A stretch of DNA of 51,169 nt from Catajapyx aquilonaris (lineage: Eukaryota), in assembly GCA_000934665.2 (NCBI GenBank), contig KZ538725.1, forward strand, positions 1-51,169, written 5' to 3'. A program made the translations under genes and the position numbers. Position 1 is the stretch's first letter. Every line of letters begins with the position of its first letter. Shown piece by piece: positions 1-14,802 of the stretch. The notes beneath the pieces are model-generated. The model saw only the letters and a program-made list of their open reading frames with translations, ran no database searches and was not told where the DNA came from.

Positions 1-1024
1 ACAGACAACCTACAGGCAGAAGATAAGTCCTTATTTCTAGAAAACTTACTTGTGGCACCTATCACTTTCAACCCAGAACTAACTCTCCTGTCTATTTGCT
101 TTTGAAAATAAAAAAACAGCCCATTAGTGGCTCATTTATCATCATTCATCACCATTCTTTGTTTTGCACAAGGTCACTTCTTCAACTATTTCGAAACCTA
201 ATGTGCATCATTCTCGTGTGTGTTCTCTTCCACTTGCGAAAATATAGTGTGGTGCACAACTATATAACTATAAACTATACAACTATATAACATTATGCAC
301 AATGGGCAGAATAATAAGATTGGTGTTAATGAAGAACATCATGAAAAAGTCTGACATGATTGTGGTACTGGAACATTTTAACAAGACACTGCAAATTTTC
401 ATTCCTTTCATTCTTCATCTGAATAATAATAATTGCATAACCTTGTGCCTTGCAAGTACAAATGATTAGGCACTAAAATATTTGTTTGTTTGTAGCATGG
501 AATAAGCTCTATGCCATATTGAATCTAAACTAAGGCATTAACATGGATGGTGAAGGCTAATTAAGGAAGCTGGATATTGATGAAACCTGATGAAACTGAT
601 TGTAACATTACTGGCATGCAGGCACTTTTTATTAGATGTCATATTTCTTATTCTGTATCAGTATGCAAACCCTGTTTATGTTGAATGTTACTGATCAACT
701 GTCGTATTGTTATAATGCGGCAATATCTCATTTTAGGATAGGTCTCATTCATTGCTAAGCAAAAATTAGCAAGCTGAAGGTTCAGTCAGATGAAAGTGAA
801 CCAATCAAAAGAAGACCATCATGTGGTTATTATATAATTAGCATACATGAGAAATTCGCTAAATCCAAACAGCCAGTTTTTGAGTTAATCAAAAGCAAAG
901 ATTTGACCTTGCACTTGCTTACATGCTAGTGGAGACCAAAGAAAATCCTTGCTTGCAGGTTCAATATGAACCTTTTGAACTAAACGGACTTCACAGGGCA
1001 ATAGAGAATTTAAAATGCTACTTT

Positions 1025-1151
1025 TGGCCGGTTTCACCAAGCCCGGTTTTCATAAAAAACCCGGTTCTTTCAAAAAATCCCTATTCTTTTTGCAGGGATT
1101 TTCCGAAAGAACCGGGGTTTTTATGAAAACCGGGCTTGGTGAAACCGGCCA
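1025..1151. mobile_element. Fold-back MITE (possibly PIF/Harbinger-like)
   Basis: Near-perfect inverted arms of about 57 bp, TGGCCGGTTTCACCAAGCCCGGTTTTCATAAAAA... / ...TTTTTATGAAAACCGGGCTTGGTGAAACCGGCCA, with TTT on both flanks. Superfamily assignment is tentative. Confidence 0.8.
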
Positions 1152-2007
1152 TTTGTGGTGTAAATAAGAGTAACTGTAACTCAGAACACCCAAAGTTGTA
1201 TTTAGTGGATTTCATTCGCATGCCCTATATATACAGTATATGCTGCATGGTTATAGGACTGCATATGCTAAAAATGTGGACAAGTCTCATCTATCGACAA
1301 CTGTAATTTGGTTGACATCTGAGTGAGTAGAAGAAGACCTCCATATGGCCTCAGAAGGAAAAAATAAGCCATAACGCCTTGGAGTGCAAGGTTTATTCAT
1401 GTATGCTGCACAAGACCACTGAAACACATGTCCAACTGCTGGACCAAAAGTCCAATACATGGTTGACCGTTGATTGGCTCATCTTCATCTGAATGAATAT
1501 CGTGTGTAGGCATTTAAATAGGGTGCTAAAATTGATATCCAAACTCATTAACACTGAAGCACTAAACATACTGAGAGTGTAATCGCTCTTTGGAGAGGTT
1601 GTAGGCCTCTTTCGATTACAAAGCTATAGGATTTGCTTTTTGATGACATTTCATCATTTCTTATTTGACCCGCAAGCCTTTAGTGCAGATAAGAACGTTT
1701 CCTTATCCCCAGATTCTGAATAAACTCATTCAGTATTATTTTGGTTTGCATAGTTGTATCGCATGTTTATCTGGAAATGAACTTCTTACATTTTTGTGAA
1801 ATCATTTGTCTCTTAAAACCAGGAACGAGTTGCGTAATGATGAGCTGGAGAATCAAGAACTCGAGGGTATACAGCCTGACCTCATCTTTCCCTGAATGTG
1901 CCAGTGAAAAGATTCGCCTCCCACACAGATTACACATTACAGTCTACTAGTCCTATTCCTCAGAATGATGAGGCAAACTATCTTTGAAACATGCCAATAT
2001 ACTCTAT

Positions 2008-2008
<1 letters not shown>

Positions 2009-2038
<30 letters not shown>

Positions 2039-2077
2039 TTTATTCACCTGCGGGGCTTTAAGGGCCCTTTTGCAGGG
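2009..2077 (-). mobile_element. Extremely 5'-truncated non-LTR retroelement (3' stem-loop plus microsatellite tail)
   Basis: 11-bp TSD TATACTCTATA at 1998-2008 and 2078-2088. The minus strand reads hairpin CCTGC..GGGC..GCCC.GCAGG, then AATAAA, then about 7 CTTA units. Confidence 0.85.
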
Positions 2078-5000
2078 TATACTCTATAAGAACGTATATA
2101 GTCAACCTATAGGTCTGGTTGTGATTTGATGTTTCCCCGATCAAAGAGAGAACCCATTTCTGCTATTTCTGGGGCAATTGCTGGCCTTCTATAGATTGGA
2201 TAGAAAAGTTGGCCTGCAAGTTCTGTGGTGTTTAACGAACTGAAATCATCAAAGGACTTTTTCTTCTAATTACTTCCAAGTTGTTTACTTCATTCGTTAA
2301 TTCCCTCTTTCCTTCCCTACAGAGGCTTCATATCTATACTACAGGTTCATTAGTCTCCCTCGATGTATATCCCGGTACAGTGCACTGGCCGTGTAAGGAA
2401 TGGGCAAAAAATGACGCTCGCTGATTAGCGAAACCAGCGTATATTATTTTGGTCTATAACCCGCACGTTTTTTCCTCACATTTTTGTTATTATTTTCACT
2501 GTATGTCACACTGTCTATAGGAGCAACTGAGTACATATGCTACCGGCAATGTGTGAAATCCGGCACTGTATATAGGCCTGGATTTCACACATTGCCGGCA
2601 ACACATATCCATAGTGTGCATTGTACACTAGGGGAAATTACATTTTCAGCAAGCTTTTGCTATGTAATATTTTCAGAGAAAAATAATTTTCTCCATTTGC
2701 TTACAAGCAAACTAATTTTTTCCTGGAAAATTAACAGCGCAGTGAAGAGCTCGCGGTTGTAGCTTCAATATACAGTACGTAATATAATCCCAACATCCCG
2801 GGGCATGGCATTTTAAAAACTGTACAAACCGATCTGAATTCTGGGTATATCATTTATATAACGCAATTGAGGAGAAAGAGACTGTGCTCAACATGCATCA
2901 AGCTTTCATAGATAAATGCTCGCCACGTCAATGTCAAAGCAAACTAGTTCATTTCATACATATACTACCTGCTGTTATCATATGGCCTGCTGTATACAGT
3001 ATAGGCATTTTACCTATTGAGCAATGGATTTTTAGACAGACATGTTCAATGTTATGCAACAAGAGTAGCAATATCAACACGACATTTAAAAACAAAAATC
3101 TAGTTGATGTCGCCGTGGCTGTACGGTTGTCTCTCTGAAATTGCTCCGAATTGCTCCCTTTAAATGTAGGCTACTCGTATTTTCTGGCTTCGACTGGGCA
3201 GTTGTTGTTATGGTTGGTTCATGGAGTCAAGAGGTTTGTTTCCGGAAGAACTACAGCACAAGAACAATCGTCGAGCAACGAGGGATCAGGAGAGAAGACC
3301 TCAGTTTGAGTACTCCACGACACAGTGTTCAGAAGTGTAAGATTGGCTTTTGTATACAGTGCACTGTATCCCAAGAATACCCATGCGAATACGGAGAGAA
3401 CGCATTGAAACTTTTTACACATGAGAAACTATCAGCTGAAGACATACAGTACTTTCAAAATATAGAATTGTCATATACTGTATCGTACAGTATGTATAGT
3501 TACATATCATGATAATTACTGTTTTTCTGCTGGTATTATTGTTCAGTCATATACCTCCATACCAGTATGCCAATCATTAGTCACGTCCGTATTCACTGAC
3601 TCATGAATGAATCAATCGAAATGTGACACGAATACTGTACATCACTCCATAATCATGAGGCATAAATGGAGAGAAACCACTGATCTCTAATATGTGCACA
3701 TTGGATTTCGGGTTGTCGCAATTGATGCTACAATTTTTGCTTTCTTCGATTATAAGTGTGCCAAAAACAGTGTGTTTTTTTATATACATACGACGCTATT
3801 ATGATGTCCCGTCACTGCTATATAAACAACCGAAACATTTTGTTCTTTTATTTTACAATGGTTTAAAACAACCACAACTACTAACTTATTATCTTTTTAC
3901 AAAAACCATATTTGTTCCAGTACATAATCGACACTATACACTTATATAACAAACTCCAGCGCAAATGCGCTAAATTGTTGCTAGAATTTCAATAGTCATT
4001 TCCATTCCAACTTCATAATATGGAAACCATGTGCCAACCAAATTCTGAAAATCTCTTCAATTTATCTTCACTTTGACGTCACTCCTGACTCCCATGGAGA
4101 TAACAAAAAATCATAAGCTTTACGTCGAATCCCATGTTTTCTACATAAAATTCCGTGCATTTGGATAGTGTATGACTATTTTTTTTTAATCGGGTGAAGT
4201 GGCAAGGACGGGAAGGAAATAGTGGAAAACAAGCTGCAAATGCAGGTAGTATACGCGGGAATGAACACTGGTACCTAGAAAACGTGGGAAGCAGGATGAG
4301 ATTGTCAGCTGCACACAACTTGTGATGATAGAGTACTGTAGTAAGCGGAAAGGGTTAGTGGGAGGTACAGGGTGTGGGGGGGTATGAAAGGGAGAGAAAA
4401 AAAATATATCTGAAAGGCTATGTTTCCAGGCTGCTTGTCGCCACTGCAAAATAGTGTGCGGTCACCCGTTCGAAGTAAATGACCTCGGACAGCATAACAT
4501 CATGCTGTTTTCTAGGAAGGGGCCAACGTGTTCATTCTTTAGTGCCTTTTACTGGCTTCTTGTTTCAGCTTTGATATGGAGTTGATTGGCTGCGAAAAAT
4601 GTGGCAGTTAAGTTTTGGAAGAAAAAAAAAACTGCTGTTGGTGGTATATGAAGTAAAGTGGACATTCAATCGAGGGATTCGTGGAATTTGCGGTAGGTGT
4701 CTGGTGTGCGTCTAATATATTTTGAATATTAAGGTATGATATAAATTATGGAAAAATTGCAACAATGTATAGCTAGCTGACAGGATTGCAAGATTGTCGC
4801 ATTTCCTATCAGATGTAGGTTTCTTTCCGCATTTCTGAGAACATATTACCATAATTTATCTCGGCTATTGCAGTTCCATGACCGAGATAATGTTATGTTC
4901 AGTTTCGTTATATTGCATATGTGAATAGCAGTGATCATACTGCGCGTTAAGCGACTGACATAGCAAGGTGGTTTATAGGTAACATCAAGTAACATGTAGG

Positions 5001-8000
5001 CTATTGACCAGCAATTATTCACATGAACGACGAAACCAAAATTAAAATTCGATTCTGTACGTAGTAAATCATATTTACTGGGCAAATAAATAAATCATAA
5101 GAGCTTGTCGTATGACGCATAGTAAAGGAAAAATCCCCAAATAACACATAGGTTTTCACAAAGTATAAACAAGCTCTATAGCCTACAAAATATCCAAAAT
5201 CATATCGGGTAATTCCATCTTCTGAGAGGAAGTGTACCAATTTTGTACCATACGTACTGATAACAAAATCAGTGTGGGGATTTTTCTCCCGCAATGTCGG
5301 TTTTGTCATACGTACAGTACGGAGCTGGCATATTCCTACGTTTTGCTAGATGTGTGTCAGAGTGCTGGAAGTCGGTCGACATATGAAACCCGGCATCGTA
5401 CGTGTACAACCTTCTGCCCGCATAATAATCCAGTCCAAGGACAGGTGAGTCGGCTTTCGCCTCTATTTCTGCAGAAATATATATACAATACAATCTAGTT
5501 TGCAAATCATAAAATACGGGCATGGGTAAAATACATGATAGCATTTGCCAGGAGTGTGTATACGCCATACCACGAAATTGCTACCCTCAGGCAACTTTCC
5601 ACGAAAGAACATAAACTTTTGTTCAGTTCTGAAGTTGCACTTGAGCTCATTTGCACTTCCGCCATAGGCGTTATTAATGCACTAGTATACACAGTGGAAT
5701 ACTGAATTACTGAGTGAATCGTATGCAACGTGTGACCTCGTGTGTTACGGTTAGTGACGACTATTGTCGCTTGACGTGCGGTCAACTTATAGATATTTGG
5801 GGATGAAACGAAATAATTGGGAGGCAGTTCGTCGAATCTTTTTCTGGCTAGACCATTATCGTCCGTAAGATCTTTTCTCTAATGGGACATAAGCCGTAAT
5901 AACAGCCCTGGAACATCTGCACCTTTGTTTACAAGTACGCGTTTTCTAGGAAGCTCAGGTCCTATTAGTAGCTTGCTATATCTGTTTTGGAGCGCCTGCG
6001 CCTCCAATTCTATTTCGCCAAAATGGTCCCAAAAAAAAGCGAGAGTCGTTATCGCTTTTTCTCGGAAAGTGCGGGCACGAGTTTTGGTAATTAGCTGTTT
6101 TGTGCTACTCAGGATGATTAGACCATATTGCATTATATTGTCATTTGGGGGCAAGGTTTTTTTGTGGCCGGATATGAGGCGATTAAAAACAAGCACATTT
6201 GGGCATATACCGCGACTTGTTTGCGCCACTAACAATCACATGAGCGGTTCAGCAATCCTATATAATAAAGCTAGGTCGTTCAAGCGAATATCAGTGATGT
6301 CCCAGTATAATTATGATAACTCGACACGTTCGGAACAAAAAAAAACAACAACAACAACATGTCAACAAAATGGGTAGCTTCATTAATATCGTCCTAACTT
6401 TTTCGACGACACACTAATTGGCGTCGTTATAGTGGTAGCAAAGTTCTATGATATTCAGGGTCTAAATCAGGCTTGTTAACGAGTGTTGTTCGTTATAAGG
6501 ATTGCTGCTGCGTATTAAGTTACAATTAAGGAAAACGATGTTGATGTGGCGGAAATTGCGCAGAGTTAATATCAGTAGCGAAGGGGGAATTCATTTGTTC
6601 GATATGATGTTCGCTAAGGAAAACGGTACTGATACAATACAGTCATTCATCCTGTTTAGAACTTGCCTTTCCCCATTGCGATATGTACCTAATTATATAC
6701 ACTTATAAAAAAGACTTACATCCTTAATGTAGGATAAGATAATGGCATAGACGTCATTGTTAGAAATGTCGCACAAATTCTGCATTTACAGAATAAGGGG
6801 AAAGTGTATATATATATGGCTACAATGACGTTTTCCAGGAAATCACTAATGCTTTCTGACATATATCTGATTTCAATGGCTAGCACATATACTAGTAGGT
6901 CAGCCATTTGTTGTTTCCATGTATTATAATCTGGTCTTTTCTCCCCGCAACTCCCGTTACGAAATGAAGGATGGGATACTAATGACAGAATTGTGACAGT
7001 TACAGGACATGTTAGCTTCGTTATCGGGAAACCCCTCCCCACTACTCCAGCCTTCTCCCCGCCCTCCTACAGGAAGATTTCCCGGAAAGCTCGCCCCCAA
7101 TCGTTAAGACAAGAAGGTGAAAAAGTATGACTCCGGATAAGGCACGGCACTAGTCGATTACACTCTATTTTCGCTTCAGTGACTTCCTTTCAGTCGAAGA
7201 CAGGCTTCAAACGGATACCCAACAACATGACTTTCGAAGCACCTGATTGTCTTTCGCCATTGTACCCATTTATTTTGCTCGACCCTGGGCTGATCACATC
7301 GTACTTTGCCTGATTGGGAAGCATGCATGTGAAGATCAGTCACTAAGACACTGAAATGGACATGTCCGATGTAAATCATCGGGGGGGTCAAACAGTCTGG
7401 TGACATTATTCAAGGTTACTTTGCATTGACCCTCTTGACATTGACTAGTCCTGTGTCAAAAGTGCAATATGCCACCCAACTGCTTTGTCATTATGTAAAT
7501 GAATAGTGAGAAGTACCTTCTAGAGTGGGTGAGTAATGTTACCGACCTTTGCATTCAGGCAGTGAATTGTGTCCCTGTTTGAGCTGTGACAGCAGGTGAT
7601 AATAATTACGTGGAATCAAGGATATCTCTTACCTGGGTGGTGAAGGTCAGGTGTACACTTTTAGGTTGGGGGTCATAGTAGTATTTTCCTGGCTATGCAG
7701 CAATGATATCAAATGTTGCATGACGTTGCTGACGCAACGATTCTTTCTTGACTGAACCGTGGGAGAGAATGTGATCGGTAATAACAAGTAAGGTAATTGC
7801 TAATTGGAGGGCAATAAAAAGGACTTGTACGAGGAAAAGTGAAGGCTGAGCAGGCTACATCCCATTATTGCATGGTATGACAATGCGCCTCATTTGTACT
7901 GGAATGTCGATATTAAATTTCTTACAAAATGCCAAAATGCTCCACTGGGACTAATAAACTATGAGTACGACAAAATGTCAAAATTAGTTTCATATTCCCA

Positions 8001-11000
8001 GGACAGGTGTTATAGGCCCAGTAATAAACTTGGGTCATTAATAATTAGTAATTGTCGTCACTGTGACGTCAGTTATGATGCATTATTTTAGTATTCTGTC
8101 ACTTGCAAAGCAGACAACCTAAATTATTTTGATAAACACAACCCATACTGTAGTGACGTTGGAGGCTATGTGACGAAGGAATGGGACGGAGAATTAGATA
8201 TTAAAATGCTTCCGTGCTTGTGAAAATTCCGGTTAGATAGTCGCAACCAACGTTGAGGTTTGTGCAAGTAGAAGTAGGGATTGAGAAATTACAAGCTAGA
8301 CCTTTTTTATTCCCACAGAAGATTATTTCTTCTTAGAATCAACTCTTCTTGCTTCCCTGTAGCTAACCTTGGGGTTGCAAGATTGCAGCAGACCGAGGTT
8401 AGAAGAATGCCACGTGGTCCTCCGCAAGCAGCATGACCCGGTCATTTTAATAGCTAATAAAATTCAGCGCTGTCGTATTCGCCGGCGAACGAAAGAGCAT
8501 AAACAGCATAAATTATTATTTTATTCGCGATACTGTCCCACATGGTATATCCCATCATTTAAATCTCCATCATGCCACCTGTTGAACATCCCCCTCCAGT
8601 TCCATGAACTAAGTCGCAAACGCAGAATTCATTACGCATACAGCATCAGACTAATGCACACATCAATACCGTGAAATAACGATGACAATGCGAATAAATC
8701 AGTACAAATGTCTGCCAGATCAATGCCATGCGATGTGTTACGAGGAAAGCATAATGATAATGCAATTTCCTTGTAATCGGTGACGGTACAGTACAGGTGG
8801 CATTATTGTCGATTGTTGCTGGTCTCAGGACGGAATTGTTATGGTAAGTTGTAAGATCGGATTATAGAAGCGAGGTCAGAAGGTAGAGGGGGTTAGGATG
8901 AAGAAGGTAATGCCATCGATCCACTATCGTTGTACGTATTTTCGTGGAAAAACATGCAACCAACTGGAAATATATGTATCTGGCTTAATATTGCTGTATC
9001 GTGAATAATTCACACACAAAGGATAGCGTGATATAGGAAGTTTTTTTTTCTGGCTCTCTCTTCAGTGAATAAAAAAAAATGAGGGAAGTTTATCTATTCA
9101 CGTGCTATTCCTAGGTGTAATGCATAGGGATATATAGATAGTCATTTTCTCCGGATTAGTGCAAATTTGGGGTGACGAGGAGGGCGTTGTTACCCGTATT
9201 CTTAGAAATCAGTGCTAGCCGGATAGATTTCTGTGAGAGTTAAGAGCCTGGAAATGCTCGCTGTCATGTCACTAGTGCCTGCCCGAATCATCAAAAATGC
9301 AGCAAGCAGCTGTCATCACGAGAGTGTACAATGCGGCTTTTTTTTGTAATCAATTTTTTGGGGGAACACTGTAGATAATTTGATAACAGGCTTTGCTCAT
9401 AATATAGTAAAACGTGCTACATTCAACACCATAAAAAGTGATGCGCTTATATTGACACTAATAATTGGCCAATAATTATAATCACACTAATGACATTCAC
9501 CAACATTACTTGTTAGAGTATCATGAGGTGCGAATATGATTCTCAAATAATAAAAACTTGTCAGCGTCATATCAGCACCCTATTACGGAATGGCCGAGAG
9601 ATTGATCATCATTTCCCGGAGGCGCTATATCGAGCTTTTCATTGCATGTTCTAGCTTTTTTTTTTGTTAGTCTCCCCTTCCCTCCTACAGTAGTAGCTAA
9701 AAAAAAGTGTCGCAAATGTCTAGCTGCAGTTTATATATAAGCCCGTCATGTTTCGAGAATTGGGTGTGACCATTAGGAAGGCATGCTGACTCAACAGTTT
9801 TGTCTAAATAGCACACAAATAGTTGAAAATAGTAGGCTGCCAACACGAACCATGTTGACGGGAACAAATGCATAATTTTCAATATACCGGTACATTTTTA
9901 AAAAGAAACATTATTGGACTTGAATAAAAAGTCACATGCATATATACGTACTGTACACATATAGTATAGACCTATAAATGTGATACGGTACTGCTAATAG
10001 ACTATAACACATGCCGCTTAAATATTACTCTATATATTATGACTCATTAAAGGCTCACAACACAGCTGAGAGGTATCAAATAAGCCTATTGCTTGCATAG
10101 TTATCACTTCCTGAAGCAGAAAATTCTCGGAAGATCGTTATTCAATATTGACACTTCAGTAATGTTTATCCACATTTTGTAGGCAACATTTTCAATCACG
10201 GCATGATTATCAGGAGATGATGGTATTTGATTTTATGGGAAGGGATTGAATGAAGATTCAGCACACAAGTTGAATAGTGTATAAGGATCTAACCTAGTGT
10301 GGTATAATACTTGACGTCCTATCGGCCAAATATTATTGCCAATACTCTCATAAGAAAGAAACTAAAGTGATCGCTATAATATTTAGCCGATAGTACATGC
10401 GGAAAACCTATGCTAATAATATTTACGCCATTACTTAAGCTTCAAATTGCGATCGCAACTTGGAGCTGATTCAGATATGCAAATATTAGCATTATAATAG
10501 TCTACTTACTATGTGTTGTTTGCTTTCATTATGCAAAAATTGTCACATCAACCTATTTACGTCAACATTGATCTAAATTGTAGGCTACTTGTCAATACCG
10601 GTACTGCTTAATGTACTACATCGCCGGACAAAGAGATCGAGACGATTTTGAATTCCGCTTATTACCTCATCACATGGAATCGTATTGGAATGTGATTGTA
10701 GGTTACAGGTTGTAGCAGCACCTCTTCTGAATACTGCGTACTGTCCAGTACTGTATACATACAGGCCTAGACGAAGTCACGAAGTTCAACCAATCTATAT
10801 CTTAAAGCTCATATTTCCTTGGCTTTAGGAAAATGTAAATAGCATCCACCCAAGATAAAAATAAAAAAAAAAACAGAATCTGTAGAGCAATTTCATCAAA
10901 ATATTCCCAGAAGTGAAGAGAATATTCAACGAGGTACTGTAATAAGAGGAGATGGTCGATTATTATTTAATGTGTTCAAGAGTAGGCTACCTGGTGGGCG

Positions 11001-11894
11001 ATAAACATACAGTAACTGCACCTGCATGATAGTGGCCATATTTTAGCCCAGAAAGTGTTCTTTTTTTATAATAAACCATCTCTGCCGTCAGATGTAATAA
11101 TGTTCCTAAAGTAACCGGATGCTATAGCCTTGGCCCTCATTATTGTTCCATTTCCACCATGCCACTGAATCTTCATTATTACCTGGTATAAAAACATCGC
11201 ACAGGAAGGACAGGAAAGGGGACTCATTTTCAGTTAGAATACGGCAACTTCCTGTGACTTTGATCATGAAAATCACATTGAGCACTTATGCTCCCACGCT
11301 ATAGCTGGTGAACGTCAATCCAAAGTGTATAGCAAGGACATACATGCTGTGCACTACATTTGATGACGTAATCAGCGAATTCTATTAGCATGGTCGAATA
11401 GTAATATTTGTGACTCTTGAATGACTCTGAACTGGATGCCCTTTCAGGTGAAATCAGCCGTAATATGCCAGAGTTCATACTTTGCCGTATACTCCCATAT
11501 ATATACACCCATGCCCTATTTCTGCAGCATTCCCACACTTTCTGAATGAACGAAAGATCCATTGAGATGATGGCCATTCATTCATTCAAAATGCTCTGCT
11601 TGGGAGTAGCCTCTCATGTGCAGCAAACATCCTGCCCGGCTATACAATGCCAAAATAGTACAGTACAGGTTTCAACTCCACCCTTTTCGACTGAATGATT
11701 TTGTTCATTCCTGGAAAAAAAAATAGCGTCTGGTACAGTATACGAGTGTACCTACTGTTATTTAATTGTTATTAGAATAATTGTCATGGCGTGCTGTATA
11801 ATTATTTCTGCGTATTATGTATTTGTGAGACTGTGTGAGACTGAATATTCTAGGACTTTTTACATCAGTGTTATTAGTCTAACAGTGCAATTAA

Positions 11895-12166
11895 CCGTGG
11901 AACCGTGCTGTGCCTACGAATATTACGGCAACCGTGCCGTGGGGTCTTTTCGGACCCCACCATATTTTAATTTTTATTAATTATTATATAATACTTTTCA
12001 ATGTATTGACTATATGCAATCATTCTTTGAACTATGCCTAAAAGGATAGCTAATTCAAAATAAACCTGCACTTCCTGTTATATACTGTAAAAAAATGGCA
12101 AAAGTTCATTGTAATGATCATTTTTTTCCTTGGGGTCCAAAAAGACCCCACGGCACGGTTCCAGGG
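11895..12166. mobile_element. piggyBac-like non-autonomous element
   Basis: TTAA at 11891-11894 and 12167-12170. Termini CCGTGGAACCGTGC / GCACGGTTCCAGGG. Subterminal inverted repeat AACCGTGCCGTGGGGTCTTTT.GGACCCC is asymmetrically spaced. Confidence 0.85.
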
Positions 12167-12427
12167 TTAAGCGATTTGTCGATTCAGAATTGTTTTTCGT
12201 TTGCCGTTGAAAAACATGTATAGACCTGTCAGAAAATAACAGCTTACAAATCATAATTATTGTGTCATGCCTTTGTTTGCTTATTTGATGTTTGTTTTCT
12301 TTCGAGGAAATAGTGAAAGGGTAACACTATTCATGTCGCTTCTGGGAATATTTCGTATATAGTAGGCCACGGATAAATGAAAGTCAGGGAAGGGCAGTAA
12401 TGACCTCTCTTCCACTCTCCATAAGGA

Positions 12428-12428
<1 letters not shown>

Positions 12429-12463
<35 letters not shown>
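12429..12463. repeat. (TAAA)n microsatellite, possibly a retroelement tail
   Basis: About 8.5 TAAA units, preceded by a weak hairpin GGAAG...CTTCC. Confidence 0.85.
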
Positions 12464-14802
12464 CGAGGTGATTTTGAATGGTGAATTGTACCGTGCTTAG
12501 TGAGCCGAGGGTTTTTAAAATGTAAGATCAGCTGTGGTGAGTGGCAGGTTGTCAGCAACTGGTGCTTTAATCGAATTCTGCGAATGCATTCATTACCCGT
12601 CATTGCAATTCATATTTTACACTGTGGGCTCATTTCAATGGTCGCTTCAACTCATATCGGTGCAAATTTTTTTGTCGGTGCATAACTTACTGAGCGGCAA
12701 ATATACGCACAACGGAGCATGCTCTGAGTGTATGGCCTAATGCGCGTGCACAGTACTATGTTCAGGTGCTGGAAAACTTATTACAACCCTACGCAAACTT
12801 CATAATTTGTTGCATATAATAATTGCAATTGTGCATCTGTCCGTCAATTTGAAATACAGCCAGTAATCACGTTACATCGTTGTCAGTAGGATGTAGGACA
12901 CGTACAGTTGCGAGTATGCGGCATTCTATTTGGCAGACACACAATAACTAACTTAGGAGTAATGCCCTTGATCTTCAAGATTTTCTGTTTTCATACACAG
13001 GCCTTGCAGATGTTGTTCCTCAATCACTCGCGACAATTTGACAATTAATGAACCCTGTTGATGTTTTAGTGTGAATGTACAGTACGCGTCATATATGCCA
13101 TTTCGCAAGAGAAATCAATGTCTGAGAAGCGTCTTCCTCGAACAACTAACCCTCTCCCTGACCCCACCACCACTCCTCCTACCATCAAAAAACTTTTGCG
13201 AGTCGACTGGTTGCCAAACGTACCCCCCACCCCCCATACCCCCCCTCCACGTCCTATTTATTGCACCCATTGATTTCCCTGCTAACTTTTTCTAAGAACA
13301 TGGCCCGATCCTAAATACAGATTTATATAAAGTAACATATCGTGCGTGCGAGGATTCCGAGAGGGCCTTAAATTGATTTTCTATNTTGAGGGGGGGGGGA
13401 CATTGTCGATATCTACGTGACATGTGACGTCACGTTCTGGCTAAGTACAGGACAATACCGGCTTTCCTTGTACTCATGCAATATTCCGATAGACATCGAG
13501 CTGAATGTGGAGTGTATATGAATCTGTTATTTTCATCGCTACAATATATGAAACTTACTGCCATAAATGCACTGCTGGGTGGGAAATATTATTGGTGCGA
13601 CCTTCGGAGTGACCTTCTTGCATTATTCAGGTGCATTATGCATGCCCTTTGGAGAATGACATTATTATTTTGGGTGGTAAAAAGGCATTTTTGTGAGAAA
13701 GGGCAGGGGAGTTCAAATGAGAGATTGGAGTAGATTTGAATGATAAAAGGATTGTTGTCATAAGGAATAAATGTGGGGTTACTTTAAAAAAATTGTATTG
13801 TGCAACGTGGACTAGACACTAATTTTATTTTAAGAGGCCGAGGGGGTAAGGGGGCCAGGGGAAGCGATCAATCGTGTCAGTCTGACTGAAACAGGCCCCG
13901 ATCTTGCAGTTTGTGGTCACGACCCCACGAGTTGGGAAAAACAGTTTAAAGCATATTTACAGGGTGTGCGTACTGAATAAATGACAACGATGATTTGTTT
14001 TTCGGACACGCTAGGACAGGTTGATACGGACGTTTTACGTCCCTCTGATAGGTGAATTGCCTTTGACTAAAAATCTAGGTTACCGTTTTTTTTGTTATTT
14101 GCCTACTGGCGGGAGGCACACGTGTGTACATATGTGTGGTCCGCTGTCTAAACCTGAAAGAGAAACATGCAATATGTCGTCATGAGAGTATACTTCATGC
14201 ATTCAAGTGTGATCATCTCACACTCGACACTAAACTACATATAGGCCTACTGTAACAAAGGCAACGTTGTGCATGGTGCTACGGCAGTGCTTCAAAGGTT
14301 CAGTTTAATCACATTTTTGTGTGGTATGTGATGCAGGTTAGAGTGCAATATGGAAACTCATTGATTATACACAGGAATTTATTTTGTCGGTATTCTCGCC
14401 CCATCCTCTCATACGCAATTAATTCTTTGTTGCTACATAACGGATGTGTAATCTAATTTATTAATGGTAATTGGAATAGCCAAGATGCCACACCTTCCAA
14501 GTCAATTTTTTCTCGAAATTGAGTTATCAATGGGAAGTTACTCTCACGTATGAGTGGCAACTGCTCAAGAAGCAGAAAATGCCAAGTCTATAGTTGAAAA
14601 GGCCGGAAACAGACCCCTCGTCAATATGTCACAAATCCCATGTCCCCATATTTTTCTATACTGGAAATAATCACTAAGCCAAAACCCCGGTGCATTTCCG
14701 AAAACACAACATTGTATACAGCATATACCGCTGCGTATTAGAGTTGGCAAGTAGTGATGTATCAAATATCCCTCTTTTGATCGCATTACAGTTTAGCATG
14801 GG

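Noticed and set aside
5879..6377. 118-aa and 150-aa opposing ORFs
   Set aside because: Non-ATG starts, no domain similarity and no coding-like composition.
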